Positions 28,992 through 39,378 are shown, numbered from the stretch's first letter. The stretch: 64,000 nucleotides of DNA from Ramlibacter sp. (GCF_028292805.1 NZ_JAQGLS010000160.1:8048-72047); one strand, 5' to 3'. The notes: generated from the letters alone by a model not told the origin. Numbers and translations are program-made.

Positions 28992-30407
28992 TCAGGCGCG
29001 GCGCGGCAGCAGCGAAGGCTGGCCGCACGGCAGGAAGCGGCCGTGGCCGGCGCGGCCGGTGAACGACTGGCCGTCCCACACCACTTCGCCGCGGCTGAGC
29101 GTCAGGCCCGGCCAGGCCTTCAGCCGCATGCCGGCGTAGGGCGTGTAGTCGACGGCGTGGTGCAGCTGCTCGTTGCGCAGCACCAGTTCGCGCTCGTCCC
29201 AGACCACCAGGTCGGCGTCGCTGCCAACGGCGATGGTTCCCTTGCCCGGATGCAGCCCGTAGGCCTTGGCCGGATTGGTGGCGGTGAGTTCCACGAACTT
29301 CTGCAGGGTGATGCGCCCGCCCAGAACGCCTTCGGAATAGAGCAGCGGCAGCCGCGTCTCCAGCCCCGGGATGCCGTTGGGGATGTGGCGGAACGCCACT
29401 TCCTCGCCGCCCGGCTTCTTGCCGTGTTCGCCTTCGTAGGTAAAGGGCGCGTGGTCGGACGAGAACACCGTGAACAGGCCGTCGGCCAGGCCGTTCCAGA
29501 TCACTTCCTGGTTGCCCTTGTCGCGCGGCGGCGGGCTGCAGATGCAGCGGGCGCCGTGGTAGCTGTCGTCGATGCCCAGATCCTCTGCGGTCAGGAACAG
29601 GTATTGGGGGCAGGTTTCCGCAAACACCTGCAGGCCTTGCGCGCGGGCCCAGCGGATCTGCTCGATGGCTTCGCGGCCGGAGACGTGGACGATCAGGATC
29701 GGCACGTCCACCAGCTGCGACAGCGCGATCGCGCGGTGGGTCGCCTCGCGCTCCACCAGCATCGGCCGCGCCTGGGCGTGCCAGCGCGGCGCGGTGCGGC
29801 CGGCGGCCTCCAGCCGTTTGGTCAGCCACGCGATGCAGTCGGCGTTTTCCGCATGGACCATGGCCATGGCGCCGTGCTGGCGCGCCACGTCGAGCACGTC
29901 GAGCATCTGGCCGTCGTCGAGCTTGAGGTCGTCGTAGGTCATGTAGACCTTGAACGAGGTGTAGCCCCGGGCGATCAGCGCCGGCAGCTCCTGCGCCAGC
30001 ACCCGCGGCGTCGGGTCGCTCACGATCAGGTGGAAGGCGTAGTCCACCGCTGCCTTGCCTTCCGCGCGGGCGTGGTAGTCCTGCACCGCGGCGGCCAGCG
30101 ACTGGCCCTTGGCCTGGGCGGCGAACGGAATCACCGTGGTGGTGCCGCCGCAGGCCGCCGAGCGGGTGCCGGTGATGAAATCGTCCGCCATCCTGGCCGG
30201 GCCGTCCATCGGCTGGTCCAGGTGGCAGTGGGCATCGACGCCGCCGGGCGTGACGGTGCGGCCACGGGCGTCGATTTCGCGGTCGCCGGCGGGCAAGCCG
30301 GCGCCGAGCAGCGCGATGCGGCCGTCCCGGATCCCGATGTCGCAAGGGAAGGTGTCGCTGGCGGTTGCCACCAGCGCATTGCGGATGACGAGGTGCAGGC
30401 TGTTCAC
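28992..30407 (-). CDS. hydA: Dihydropyrimidinase/D-hydantoinase
   Basis: PGGVDAHCH, GGTTT, SFKVYMTY (carbamylated Lys), HAEN, HVS, SSDHAP. Confidence 0.93.
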   Translation of the reverse strand: MNSLHLVIRNALVATASDTFPCDIGIRDGRIALLGAGLPAGDREIDARGRTVTPGGVDAHCHLDQPMDGPARMADDFITGTRSAACGGTTTVIPFAAQAKGQSLAAAVQDYHARAEGKAAVDYAFHLIVSDPTPRVLAQELPALIARGYTSFKVYMTYDDLKLDDGQMLDVLDVARQHGAMAMVHAENADCIAWLTKRLEAAGRTAPRWHAQARPMLVEREATHRAIALSQLVDVPILIVHVSGREAIEQIRWARAQGLQVFAETCPQYLFLTAEDLGIDDSYHGARCICSPPPRDKGNQEVIWNGLADGLFTVFSSDHAPFTYEGEHGKKPGGEEVAFRHIPNGIPGLETRLPLLYSEGVLGGRITLQKFVELTATNPAKAYGLHPGKGTIAVGSDADLVVWDERELVLRNEQLHHAVDYTPYAGMRLKAWPGLTLSRGEVVWDGQSFTGRAGHGRFLPCGQPSLLPRRA

Positions 30408-30465
30408 GCCGGCACCCTTTGCACCAGGAGGGGGCGACAGTAACACCATAGAAGTGCGGACACAG

Positions 30466-30637
30466 TTGTCGACATTCGTTTGTTGGTCAATTTGAAAGCG
30501 GGCGGCGTTGTCATGGCAGTTGGGAGGGCTGGTTGCAACTTCCGGGCCACGGTGCGTGGGGCTACCGGACTTGGTACGAGGGAAAGGATCGACCATGGGA
30601 CTCGGATCGGCGTCTGTGTTTACATGGATGTCGACAA
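30466..30637. promoter_or_regulatory. Two TGTCGACA boxes in the divergent promoter, putative GntR/FadR operators
   Basis: ttgtcgacat at 30466-30475 and its reverse complement atgtcgacaa at 30628-30637. Confidence 0.5.
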
Positions 30638-30719
30638 AGTAGTCATTGATTTGTTGAGAGCATTGCCGCGATCCCTCATACTTCGCCTTCGCATTGCCGC
30701 TCTTCATGGAGGAACTTGC

Positions 30720-31445
30720 ATGAGCCAACCGCTGCGTCTGGGGGTGCTGACCCCTTCTTCCAACACCGCGCTGGAGCCGCTCACCAGCGCGCTGGTGGCC
30801 GCGTTGCCGAACGCCAGCGCCCATTTCTCCCGCTTCAAGGTGACGCAGATCGCGCTGGATGCGGCCGCCCTGGGCCAGTTCGACGACAGCAAGATCCTGG
30901 CGGCGGCCGACCTGCTGGCGGACGCCAAGGTCGATGTGATCGGCTGGAGCGGCACCTCGTCCGGCTGGCTCGGCTTCGATGCCGACCACCGGCTGTGCGA
31001 GCGCATCCGCGAACGCACCGGCATCCCGGCCACCACGGCGGTGCTGGCCCTCAACGAGTTGCTGGCGATCCGGCGGGTGCGGCGGCTGGCCCTGGTCACG
31101 CCCTACACCGACGACGTGCAGGCCCGGATCGTCGCCAACTACCGCGCCCTGGACATCGAGGTGGTCGCCGAGCGCCACCTGGGCATCCGCGTCAACCACG
31201 ACTTTGCCGCCGTCGCGCCGCAGGCTTTGTCGGAACTGATGGCGCAAGTGGCCCAAGCCAGGCCGCAGGCGATCACCACCTTTTGCACCAACCTGCGGGC
31301 CGCGCCGCTGGCCGCGCAGGTCGAACGCACCCACGGCATCGCCCTGCTGGACACGGTCAGCACCACGGTGTGGGGCATGGTGCGCGCGGCCGGCGGCTCG
31401 CCCGCCACCATCACCGGCTGGGGGGAGCTGTTCCAATGGACCTGA
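30720..31445 (+). CDS. Maleate cis-trans isomerase/Asp-Glu racemase family protein
   Basis: LGVLTPSSNTALEP, SGTS, LVTPY, FCTNL; SD ggagg. Confidence 0.85.
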   Translation: MSQPLRLGVLTPSSNTALEPLTSALVAALPNASAHFSRFKVTQIALDAAALGQFDDSKILAAADLLADAKVDVIGWSGTSSGWLGFDADHRLCERIRERTGIPATTAVLALNELLAIRRVRRLALVTPYTDDVQARIVANYRALDIEVVAERHLGIRVNHDFAAVAPQALSELMAQVAQARPQAITTFCTNLRAAPLAAQVERTHGIALLDTVSTTVWGMVRAAGGSPATITGWGELFQWT

Positions 31446-31504
31446 CCTCCGGCCGCGGCAAGGGCGCCGATAGAATGGCCGCCGACCGCCACTCCCCCGC
31501 CGCC

Positions 31505-32212
31505 ATGCCCGACTCCGCGCGCAAGACGACAGCCAGCCGCGCCGAGCGCGAGAAAAGCGTCGATGAGATCTACGAGAAGATCTACATCGCGATCCTCGAG
31601 CACCGCCTGCATCCCGGCACCAAGCTGGGCGAGGAGCGCATGGCCGACATCTTCGGCGTCAGTCGCGCGCGGGTGCGCGAGGTGCTGGCCCGGCTGGCCC
31701 ACGAGCAGATCGTGGAGCTGGTTCCGCAGCGCGGCGCCTACGTCGCCAAGCCCACCACTGAGCAGGCCCGCGATGTGTTCGAGGCGCGCCGACTGATCGA
31801 GCCGGCGGTGCTACGGAGGCTGGTGGACACGCTCACGCCGGAAAAGATCGCGCGGCTGCGCCAGCACCAGGAGCTGGAGGCGGATGCGCGCCGGCGCAAC
31901 GACAAGCGCGCGGTGATCCGGCTGTCCGGCGAGTTCCACACGCTGGCGGCCGAACTGGCCGGCAACTCGGCGCTCTCGCGCAGCATGCGCGAGCTATGCA
32001 TGCTGACCTGCCTGACCATCTTCCTGTACGACGCGCCGACGGCGCAGAGCTGCCGTCACGATGAACACGAGCTGATCATCGAGGCGGTGGCCAGGCGCGA
32101 CCGGGCGCGGGCCGAGAAGCTGATGCTCGACCACCTCGACCACATCGAGGGCAGCCTGCAGCTGGACAACGCCAACGGCGAAGTCGACCTCGAGGCGATC
32201 TTCAAATCCTGA
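31505..32212 (+). CDS. GntR-family (FCD) transcriptional regulator (alternative start 31475)
   Basis: PGTKLGEE..A..FGVSRARVREVL; FEARRLIEP; EH..IIEAV. Confidence 0.93.
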   Translation: MPDSARKTTASRAEREKSVDEIYEKIYIAILEHRLHPGTKLGEERMADIFGVSRARVREVLARLAHEQIVELVPQRGAYVAKPTTEQARDVFEARRLIEPAVLRRLVDTLTPEKIARLRQHQELEADARRRNDKRAVIRLSGEFHTLAAELAGNSALSRSMRELCMLTCLTIFLYDAPTAQSCRHDEHELIIEAVARRDRARAEKLMLDHLDHIEGSLQLDNANGEVDLEAIFKS

Positions 32213-32250
32213 CGACGGCGCCTGCGCCGGATTGGCATCCTGGCGACAAT

Positions 32251-32268
32251 TAGGCAGCCAGTTGCCTA
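32251..32268. promoter_or_regulatory. TAGGCA-N6-TGCCTA inverted repeat, putative MarR operator of the ABC operon
   Basis: Perfect 6-bp arms; GTTGCCTAT also occurs at 39946-39954. Confidence 0.5.
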
Positions 32269-32435
32269 TCGTGGTGCCCGCCGGCGGAGTGGCCGCCTAG
32301 CGTAATCCATGAGAACAAGCCGCCGTCGCGGCCTTGCGCACGTTTCGCAACCTGCCTAGCATTCGGCCACACGTTGTCATATCGCCGCCTTGCCGCTTCG
32401 GCCGGGCCGCGACTGGAACAAGGAGACGACGCAAG

Positions 32436-33236
32436 GTGACAGCGACGCACGCAAACGGTCCCGCGCGGGTGCTCGAGTGCACCGGCGTGGAACGCCGCTT
32501 CGGCGGGCTGGTGGCGGTGACGGGCGTCGACCTGCACGTGGACAAAGGCGAGATTTTCGGCCTGGTCGGCCCCAACGGCAGCGGCAAGACGACGCTGACC
32601 AACGCCATCACCGGCTTCTATCCGCCGCAGCGGGGCCGCATCCTGCTGCATGGCCAGGACATCACCGGCCTGGCGCCGCACAAGGTGGCGCGGCGTGGCG
32701 TGGCCCGCACCTTCCAGAACCTGGCGCTGTTCAACGGCATGAGCGTGCTGGACAACATCCTGCTCGGACGCCACGTGCACATGCACCCTGGCGTGTTCCG
32801 CACCTTGCTCTACCCCTGGCTGGCGCGGCCCGAGGAGATCGCCAACCGCGCGGTGGTGGAGGAAGTGATCGACTTCATGCAGCTCCAAGGGGTGCGCGAC
32901 GAGCCGGTGGAAGCCATCCCGCTGGGCCTGAAAAAGCGGGTGGAACTGGCGCGGGCGCTGGTGGCCCAGCCCAGCTTCCTGATCCTGGACGAGCCCATGG
33001 CCGGCATGAACCAGGAAGAAAAGGAGTACATGGCGCGCTTCATCCTGGATGCGCGCGATGAACGCGGGGTGACGGTGATGCTCATCGAGCACCACATGGA
33101 CATCATCACCGGCATCTGCGACCGCATGCTGGTGCTCAACTACGGCGAGGTGATCCAGACCGGCATCCCGCGCGAGGTGATCGCCGACCCGCGCGTGATC
33201 AAAGCCTACCTGGGGGGCGCGCATGCAGCGGCCTGA
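32436..33236 (+). CDS. LivG-like ABC ATP-binding protein
   Basis: GPNGSGKTT, RTFQN, LDEPMAG, IEHHM. Confidence 0.92.
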   Translation: MTATHANGPARVLECTGVERRFGGLVAVTGVDLHVDKGEIFGLVGPNGSGKTTLTNAITGFYPPQRGRILLHGQDITGLAPHKVARRGVARTFQNLALFNGMSVLDNILLGRHVHMHPGVFRTLLYPWLARPEEIANRAVVEEVIDFMQLQGVRDEPVEAIPLGLKKRVELARALVAQPSFLILDEPMAGMNQEEKEYMARFILDARDERGVTVMLIEHHMDIITGICDRMLVLNYGEVIQTGIPREVIADPRVIKAYLGGAHAAA

Positions 33237-35145
33237 AGGCGCCAGCTGGGACTTCGAGCCGGCCACCACGCTGGTGCGGCTGCTGGCCGCCAACGCCGCC
33301 ACCCATCCGGACCAGGTCGCCTTTCGCGAGAAGGACCGAGGCATCTGGCAGCAGACCACCTGGGCCCAGGTGCACGAGACGGTGCTGCGCTGCGCCGCCG
33401 GCCTGCAGGCAGCGGGGCTGGCGCCGGAAAGGGGCGTGCTGGTGCTGGGCGACAACCGCCCGCGCCTGTACATGGGCATGCTGGCCGCCGGCGCGCTGGG
33501 CGCCTACGCGATGCCGGTGTACCCGGACGCGACGCCCGACGAAATCATGCACGTCGACAGCGAAGTGCATGTGAGCTTCGTGCTGGCGGAAGACCAGGAG
33601 CAGGTCGACAAGGCGCTCGACTTGCGCGAGCGCGGCGCGCGCATCGAGCACATCGTCTACGACAACCCGCGCGGGCTGGCCCGCTACACGGCGCCGGGCC
33701 TGATCTCCTGGGCCGACCTGGAGCAGCGCGGCGCGCAGCGGCTGGCCGGCCAGCCCGGCCTGCGCGAGCAGCTGCTGGCACTGGCGCGGCCGGACGGCCC
33801 CGCGGTGTTCATCCATTCGTCCGGCACCACCGGCAAGCCCAAGGGCCTGGTGCTGAGCCACCGCAACATCCTCAGCGGCGTGCGCAACGCCCACCGGGCC
33901 GGCGCCTTCGACTTCGGCGATTCCGTCCTGGCCTACCTGCCGATGGCCTGGGTGGGCGACTTCTCCATGACCATGGGTGCGGGCGTGGCGCTGCGCTTCA
34001 CGATCAACATTCCGGAAGGCGCCGAGACGGTGCTGCACAACCTGCGCGAGATCGCGCCGAGCTTCTACCTGGCGGCGCCGCGCAGCTGGGACAACATGCT
34101 GACCACGGTGCAGGTCCGAATGGAAGACTCGAGCCGCCTGAAAAAGGCGCTGTACGAACTGTTCATGCAGTCGGCCATCGCCGCCGAGAGGCGCAAGCTC
34201 TCCGGGCAGGAGCCGACCGCCGCCCAGAAGCTGCTGCGGCCGATCGGCGAATGGCTGGTGATGGGCCCGATCAAGGACCAGCTGGGCATGAGCCGCTTGC
34301 GCAATGCCTTCACCGGCGGCGAGGCGATCGGCGAAGACACCTTCGTGTTCTACCGGGCGCTGGGCGTCAAGCTGCGCCAGCTCTATGGCCAGACCGAGAG
34401 CAGCGCCTTCAATGCGATGCAGTCGCCCGACGAGGTGCGGCTGCACACGGTGGGCCGGCCGCTCCCCGGCGTGCAAGTCAAGATCGCCGACAGTGGTGAG
34501 ATCATGATCCGATCGGGCAGCGTGTTCCGCGGCTACTACGGCAACGAGGCCGCATCGCGCGAGTCGCTGGACGACGGCTGGCTGCGCACCGGCGATGCCG
34601 GCTACCTGGAGCCCGACGGACAGCTGGTGGTGCTGGGCCGGGTTTCCGAAGTGGTGCACACCGCGCAGGGCGAGCGCTACATCCCGAACTACATCGAAAA
34701 CCGCCTGAAGTTCAGTCCCTACGTCAAGGACGTGGCGGTGCTGGGCAAGGGCCGCGGCACGCTGGGCGCGATCGTCTGCGTCGACAAGGAGACGGTGGGC
34801 CACTGGGCCGAGATGCGCGGCATCTCGTACATCTCCTACGCCGACCTGTCGCAAAAGCCCGAGGTGATCGAGCTGCTGGCCGGCGCTGTGCGGCATGTCA
34901 ACACCACGCTGCCCGACGGCCTGAAGCTGCGCCACATCGTCAGCCTGCACAAGGAGTTCGACGCTGACGACGGCGAGATCACCCGCACCCGAAAGCTGCG
35001 GCGCAACGTGGTGGAGGAGCGCTACGCGCCCATCATCGACGCGATCTATGGCGGGCAGCGGACGGTCGCCATGCGCGCCACGGTGGTCTACGAAACGGGC
35101 GAGATCGGCGTGACCGAACGGCTGCTGACGGTGAAGGAAATCTGA
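33223..35145 (+). CDS. Long-chain-type acyl-CoA synthetase (AMP-binding)
   Basis: HSSGTTGKPKG, YGQTE, WLRTGDAG, TRTRKLRR. Confidence 0.92.
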   Translation: MQRPEGASWDFEPATTLVRLLAANAATHPDQVAFREKDRGIWQQTTWAQVHETVLRCAAGLQAAGLAPERGVLVLGDNRPRLYMGMLAAGALGAYAMPVYPDATPDEIMHVDSEVHVSFVLAEDQEQVDKALDLRERGARIEHIVYDNPRGLARYTAPGLISWADLEQRGAQRLAGQPGLREQLLALARPDGPAVFIHSSGTTGKPKGLVLSHRNILSGVRNAHRAGAFDFGDSVLAYLPMAWVGDFSMTMGAGVALRFTINIPEGAETVLHNLREIAPSFYLAAPRSWDNMLTTVQVRMEDSSRLKKALYELFMQSAIAAERRKLSGQEPTAAQKLLRPIGEWLVMGPIKDQLGMSRLRNAFTGGEAIGEDTFVFYRALGVKLRQLYGQTESSAFNAMQSPDEVRLHTVGRPLPGVQVKIADSGEIMIRSGSVFRGYYGNEAASRESLDDGWLRTGDAGYLEPDGQLVVLGRVSEVVHTAQGERYIPNYIENRLKFSPYVKDVAVLGKGRGTLGAIVCVDKETVGHWAEMRGISYISYADLSQKPEVIELLAGAVRHVNTTLPDGLKLRHIVSLHKEFDADDGEITRTRKLRRNVVEERYAPIIDAIYGGQRTVAMRATVVYETGEIGVTERLLTVKEI

Positions 35146-36032
35146 TGGACGTCATGTACTTCCTGGAACTCGCCATCAACGGCGGGCTCGCCGGCCTGAT
35201 GTACGCGCTGGTGGCGATGGGCATCGTGCTGATCTACAAGTCATCGTCGGTGCCCAACCTGGCGCAGGGCGCGCTGACCATGCTGGGCGCCTACCTGGTG
35301 CTGGGATTGTCCGACGCCCTGGGCCTGCCGCTGTGGCTGGCCATTCCGGCGGCGGTGGTTGCCATGTTCTTCGTCGGCGTCGGCATCGAGCGGGTCGCGC
35401 TGCGCCGGCTGGCCGGCCGTCCCATCGTGATGATCCTGATGATGACGCTGGGCATCGACATCTTCCTGCGCGCCACCACCATGACGCTCTGGGGCGGCAG
35501 CGGCCGGCCGATGCGCCTTGGCATTCCGGACTCGCCGCTGTTCCTGGGGCCGCTGCTGCTCAATCGGGCCTACGTGGTCGGCGCCGCTGTCACGCTGGTG
35601 CTGTTCGTGATCTTCATGCTGTTCTTTCGCAGCCGGCAAGGCGTGGTGCTGCGCGCGATTGCCGACGACTACACCGCTTCCTGGTCGGTGGGCATTTCGG
35701 TGGAGCGCGGGGTCGCCTTGTCGTGGGCGCTGTCGGCGGTCGTGGCCACCACGGCCGGCGTGCTGTGGGGCTCGGTGCAGACGGTGGACCAGTCGCTCTC
35801 GCTGCTGCTGCTGAAAGGAGTGACGGTGGCGGTGCTGGGCGGCATGGACAGCCTGGGCGGGGCGGTGCTGGCGGGGATGCTGCTGGGCATGCTGGAGAAC
35901 GTGGCGTCGGGCTACCTGGACCCGCTGCTCGGTGGCGGCACCCGTGAGCTGGTGGTGGCCGCGGTGCTGATCCTGACCATCATGATCCGGCCGCACGGCC
36001 TGTTCGGCCGCCACGACATCGAGAGGATCTAA
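35145..36032 (+). CDS. LivH-like ABC permease
   Basis: NGGLAGLMYALVAMG...PNLAQG; RPHGLFG. Confidence 0.92.
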   Translation: MDVMYFLELAINGGLAGLMYALVAMGIVLIYKSSSVPNLAQGALTMLGAYLVLGLSDALGLPLWLAIPAAVVAMFFVGVGIERVALRRLAGRPIVMILMMTLGIDIFLRATTMTLWGGSGRPMRLGIPDSPLFLGPLLLNRAYVVGAAVTLVLFVIFMLFFRSRQGVVLRAIADDYTASWSVGISVERGVALSWALSAVVATTAGVLWGSVQTVDQSLSLLLLKGVTVAVLGGMDSLGGAVLAGMLLGMLENVASGYLDPLLGGGTRELVVAAVLILTIMIRPHGLFGRHDIERI

Positions 36033-36036
36033 CGTC

Positions 36037-37110
36037 ATGCTGTACCGCCGCGCCGGCATCTTCCACACCAGCTACGCGTCCGACCGCGCGCTGTTCACCA
36101 TTCCGTTCGAGCAGTGGGCGATGGTGGCGTTGCTCGCCTTCGCGCTCGTTGCGCCGTTCGTGCTCAGCTCGCTGGCGCTCACCAGCTACGTGCGGCCCTG
36201 GCTGATATGGACCTCGGCCGTGCTCGGGCTGAACCTGATCCTGGGCTGGGCCGGCCAGTTCCACTTCGGCTACGCGGCGATCATGGGCATCGGCGCCTAT
36301 GCCTCGGTGCATGCCACGCGCAACGGCGTGCCGTGGGAGATTGCCGTGGTGCTGGGCGGCCTGACCGCCAGCGTCATCGGCGTGGTGTTCGCCTTCGCCG
36401 CCTTGCGCGTCAAGGGCCTGTACCTGGCGCTGTCGACGCTGGCCATGCAGTTCGTGATGGACTGGGTGATCTCGCACGTGCCCGCCATCAGCGGTGGCGT
36501 CTCCGCCACTTTGCAGGCGCCGCCGATGAAGCTGCTGGGGCAAGCCGTCACCTCCGAGGCCGCCACCTACTATGTGGTGCTGGGCTGGACCTTGCTGGTG
36601 ATGCTGTTCATGCTGAATCTGCGCCGCACCGCGCTGGGCCGCGCGCTGGTGGCGGTGCGCGAGAAAGACTTCGCGGCCGCCGTGATCGGCGTGCAGAGCT
36701 TCTACTACAAGCTGGTGGCCTTCGCCGCCTCGGCCTTCATCGGCGGCGTCAGCGGCGCCATGCTGATCTTCGGCTTCTACCACGCGGTGACGCCCGAGCA
36801 GTTCGCCGTCAATGTCTCGATCGAGCTGCTGGCGATGGTGATCGTGGGCGGCCTGGGCAGCATCATCGGCAGCTTTTTCGGCGCTGGATTCATCCTGCTG
36901 CTGCCGGGCCAGATGAACACCTTGATCGCCTGGCTGGCCAGGGTGTTTGGTCTCGACATCGGGGTCGAAGCCCTGGCGCACATCCCGCACATGGTTTACG
37001 GTGCCACCATCATCGTGGTGCTGCTGATCGAACCGATGGGCCTGGGCAAGCTGTATGGCAACCTGCGCAACTACCTCTTGGTGTGGCCGTTCGGCTACGC
37101 ACGCAAGTAA
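36037..37110 (+). CDS. LivM-like ABC permease
   Basis: GLNLILGWAGQ, RVKGLYLALSTL, IVGGLGS. Confidence 0.92.
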   Translation: MLYRRAGIFHTSYASDRALFTIPFEQWAMVALLAFALVAPFVLSSLALTSYVRPWLIWTSAVLGLNLILGWAGQFHFGYAAIMGIGAYASVHATRNGVPWEIAVVLGGLTASVIGVVFAFAALRVKGLYLALSTLAMQFVMDWVISHVPAISGGVSATLQAPPMKLLGQAVTSEAATYYVVLGWTLLVMLFMLNLRRTALGRALVAVREKDFAAAVIGVQSFYYKLVAFAASAFIGGVSGAMLIFGFYHAVTPEQFAVNVSIELLAMVIVGGLGSIIGSFFGAGFILLLPGQMNTLIAWLARVFGLDIGVEALAHIPHMVYGATIIVVLLIEPMGLGKLYGNLRNYLLVWPFGYARK

Positions 37111-37119
37111 GGGCATGGC

Positions 37120-37938
37120 ATGACCCAAGCAAGCATGGCCGCCGGCACCATCCTCAGCCTCAACAACATCGAGGTGATCTACGACCGTGTGGCGCTGGCG
37201 ATCAAGGGCGTCTCCATCGAGGTGCCGCAAGGCGGCATGGTGGCGCTGCTGGGCGCCAACGGCGCCGGCAAGAGCACCACGCTCAAGGCGATCAGCGGGC
37301 TGCTCAAGCCCGAGCGCGGCGAAGTCAGCCGCGGCGAGCTGCGCTTTCTGGGCCACGACATCGATTCCATGATGCCGCAGCAGCGCGTCAAGCTGGGCAT
37401 CGTGCAGGTGCTGGAAGGCCGCCGCGTGTTCGAGCACCTGACAGCGGACGAGAACCTGCTGGCCGCGTCGGCAGTGACCGGCGGCAGCCGCGCCGAGATG
37501 CAGCGCAAGCGCGACATGGTCTACGGCTACTTCCCGCGGCTGCACCAGCGGCGCGCGGCGCAGTCCGGCTTCCTGTCCGGCGGCGAGCAGCAGATGCTGG
37601 CGATCGGCCGGGCGCTGATGACCAACCCGAAGCTGCTGATGCTCGACGAGCCGAGCCTGGGCTTGGCGCCGTTCCTGGTCGCGGAGATTTTCGAGATCGT
37701 GCAGCAGATCAACCGGCAGGAAGGGCTGTCGGTGCTGCTGGTGGAGCAGAACGCGCTGGCCGCGCTGGAGGTGGTCTCGCACGGCTACCTGATGGAGAAC
37801 GGCCGCATCGTGATGCACGACAGCGCTGCTGCCATGAAGCTGAATCCAGACATTCAGGAGTTCTACCTGGGCGGCAGCGAAGGCAAGAACTTTCACGAGA
37901 TCAAGCATTACAGCCGGCGCAAGCGCTGGCTGAGTTGA
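37120..37938 (+). CDS. LivF-like ABC ATP-binding protein
   Basis: GANGAGKST, LSGGEQQMLAIGRAL, LDEPSLGLAP. Confidence 0.93.
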   Translation: MTQASMAAGTILSLNNIEVIYDRVALAIKGVSIEVPQGGMVALLGANGAGKSTTLKAISGLLKPERGEVSRGELRFLGHDIDSMMPQQRVKLGIVQVLEGRRVFEHLTADENLLAASAVTGGSRAEMQRKRDMVYGYFPRLHQRRAAQSGFLSGGEQQMLAIGRALMTNPKLLMLDEPSLGLAPFLVAEIFEIVQQINRQEGLSVLLVEQNALAALEVVSHGYLMENGRIVMHDSAAAMKLNPDIQEFYLGGSEGKNFHEIKHYSRRKRWLS

Positions 37939-38014
37939 GTCCGGGACACGGGGTGGGCAGCGCGCGTACTTGGCGCCCACCGCGGAAACTTTCACCGTAC
38001 GCAGGAGACACGCC

Positions 38015-39268
38015 ATGAAAAGATCATTGCTAGCGACCCTCGCCGGGTTGGCCCTGCTGGCGGGAGCGACCGGGGCGCAGGCCCAGGCCGCCGGCAACAC
38101 CATCAAGTTCGGCATGTGCTACGACCTGAGCAAGGCCTACACCTTCGTCACGCCGCAGATCGTGCAGGCGGCCAAGGACTACGCCACGCTGCTCAACGCC
38201 AGGGGCGGCATCGAGGGCCGGCAGATCGAGGTCGTGGTGCAGGACCACGGCAACGAGCCGCAACGCGGCATCGAGTGCTACGAAAAGCTCAAGCGCGAAG
38301 GCGTGATGGTGTTCGACTACCTGTCCACGCCGGTCTCGCGCGCCGTGCTGCCGCGCCACATGGCCGACGGCAACGTGATGCTGCAGTCCTTCGTCGGCCG
38401 CGGCGACGCGGTGGACGGGGACGTCTTCAAGTGGGTGTTCCCCATCGGCCCGACCTACTGGGGCCAGATGGCCAACAACATCCAGTACATCAAGAACCGG
38501 CACAAGGGCAACCTCAAGGGCGTGAAGGTCGCCTTCATCTACCCCGACTACGCGTTCGGCCAGGAGCCGATCCCGGTGCTCAAGACGCTGGCGGCCAAGG
38601 AAGGCTTCCAGCTGCAGCTGTTCCCCAATCCGATGCCGGGGCGTGACCAGGCGGCGGTGTGGACGCAGATCCGCCGCTTCGACCCGGACCACGTGATCAC
38701 CTGGAACCTGTCGGCCATGCACGTGGTGGCGGCGCGCGAGATGAAGCGCAACGGCATCGCGATGGACAAGCTGATCTCGGTCAACTGGTTCAACGAGGTG
38801 GACATCCGCAACATCGGCGCGGCCGAAGCCAAGGGCATGAAGCGCGGCACCAACGTGGTGGGCGGGCGCGACCACCCGCTGATGCAGCAGATCCAGAAGG
38901 AAGTCTACGGCCCGGGCAAGGGCAGCGGCGACCCGAAGAACATGGACGACATCTACTACAACACCGGCCTGGCGATGTACTCCACGGTGTTCGAGGGCGT
39001 CAAGCTGGCCATCAGGAAGGACGGCTGGCCGCTGACGCCGGCCAAGATCAAGGCCGGCCTGGAAAGCCTGCGCAACTTCGATGCCAACGGCTTCATCGCC
39101 CCGGTGACGGTGACCGCCAAGGACCATGGCGGCGGCGGCAAGACCCGCATCGACATGTGGGACGGCGCCAGGTGGGTGCCGCAGGGCGACTGGATCGCCG
39201 CCTACACCGACGTGGTGGACCAGGTGGTCAAGGAGCAGTCGGCGGAGTTCGCCAAGACGGGCAAGTAG
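38015..39268 (+). CDS. LivJ-like ABC substrate-binding protein
   Basis: Signal peptide; DHGNEPQRGIECYE; SD aggag. Confidence 0.9.
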   Translation: MKRSLLATLAGLALLAGATGAQAQAAGNTIKFGMCYDLSKAYTFVTPQIVQAAKDYATLLNARGGIEGRQIEVVVQDHGNEPQRGIECYEKLKREGVMVFDYLSTPVSRAVLPRHMADGNVMLQSFVGRGDAVDGDVFKWVFPIGPTYWGQMANNIQYIKNRHKGNLKGVKVAFIYPDYAFGQEPIPVLKTLAAKEGFQLQLFPNPMPGRDQAAVWTQIRRFDPDHVITWNLSAMHVVAAREMKRNGIAMDKLISVNWFNEVDIRNIGAAEAKGMKRGTNVVGGRDHPLMQQIQKEVYGPGKGSGDPKNMDDIYYNTGLAMYSTVFEGVKLAIRKDGWPLTPAKIKAGLESLRNFDANGFIAPVTVTAKDHGGGGKTRIDMWDGARWVPQGDWIAAYTDVVDQVVKEQSAEFAKTGK

Positions 39269-39279
39269 CCCCTGAAGAT

Positions 39280-39351
39280 GTGATTGCGGGCTGGACCCGC
39301 AATCCATGACTGCCATGACTGCCATGGATGCCGGGTCCCGTCCGGCATGAC
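39280..39351. repeat. REP-like double palindrome between convergent genes
   Basis: GTGATTGCGGG..CCCGCAATCCA ... TGGATGCCGG..CCGGCATGAC; second copy at 47647. Confidence 0.75.
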
Positions 39352-39378
39352 TTCACAGGGTGGCCGGGGACCGCAGGG

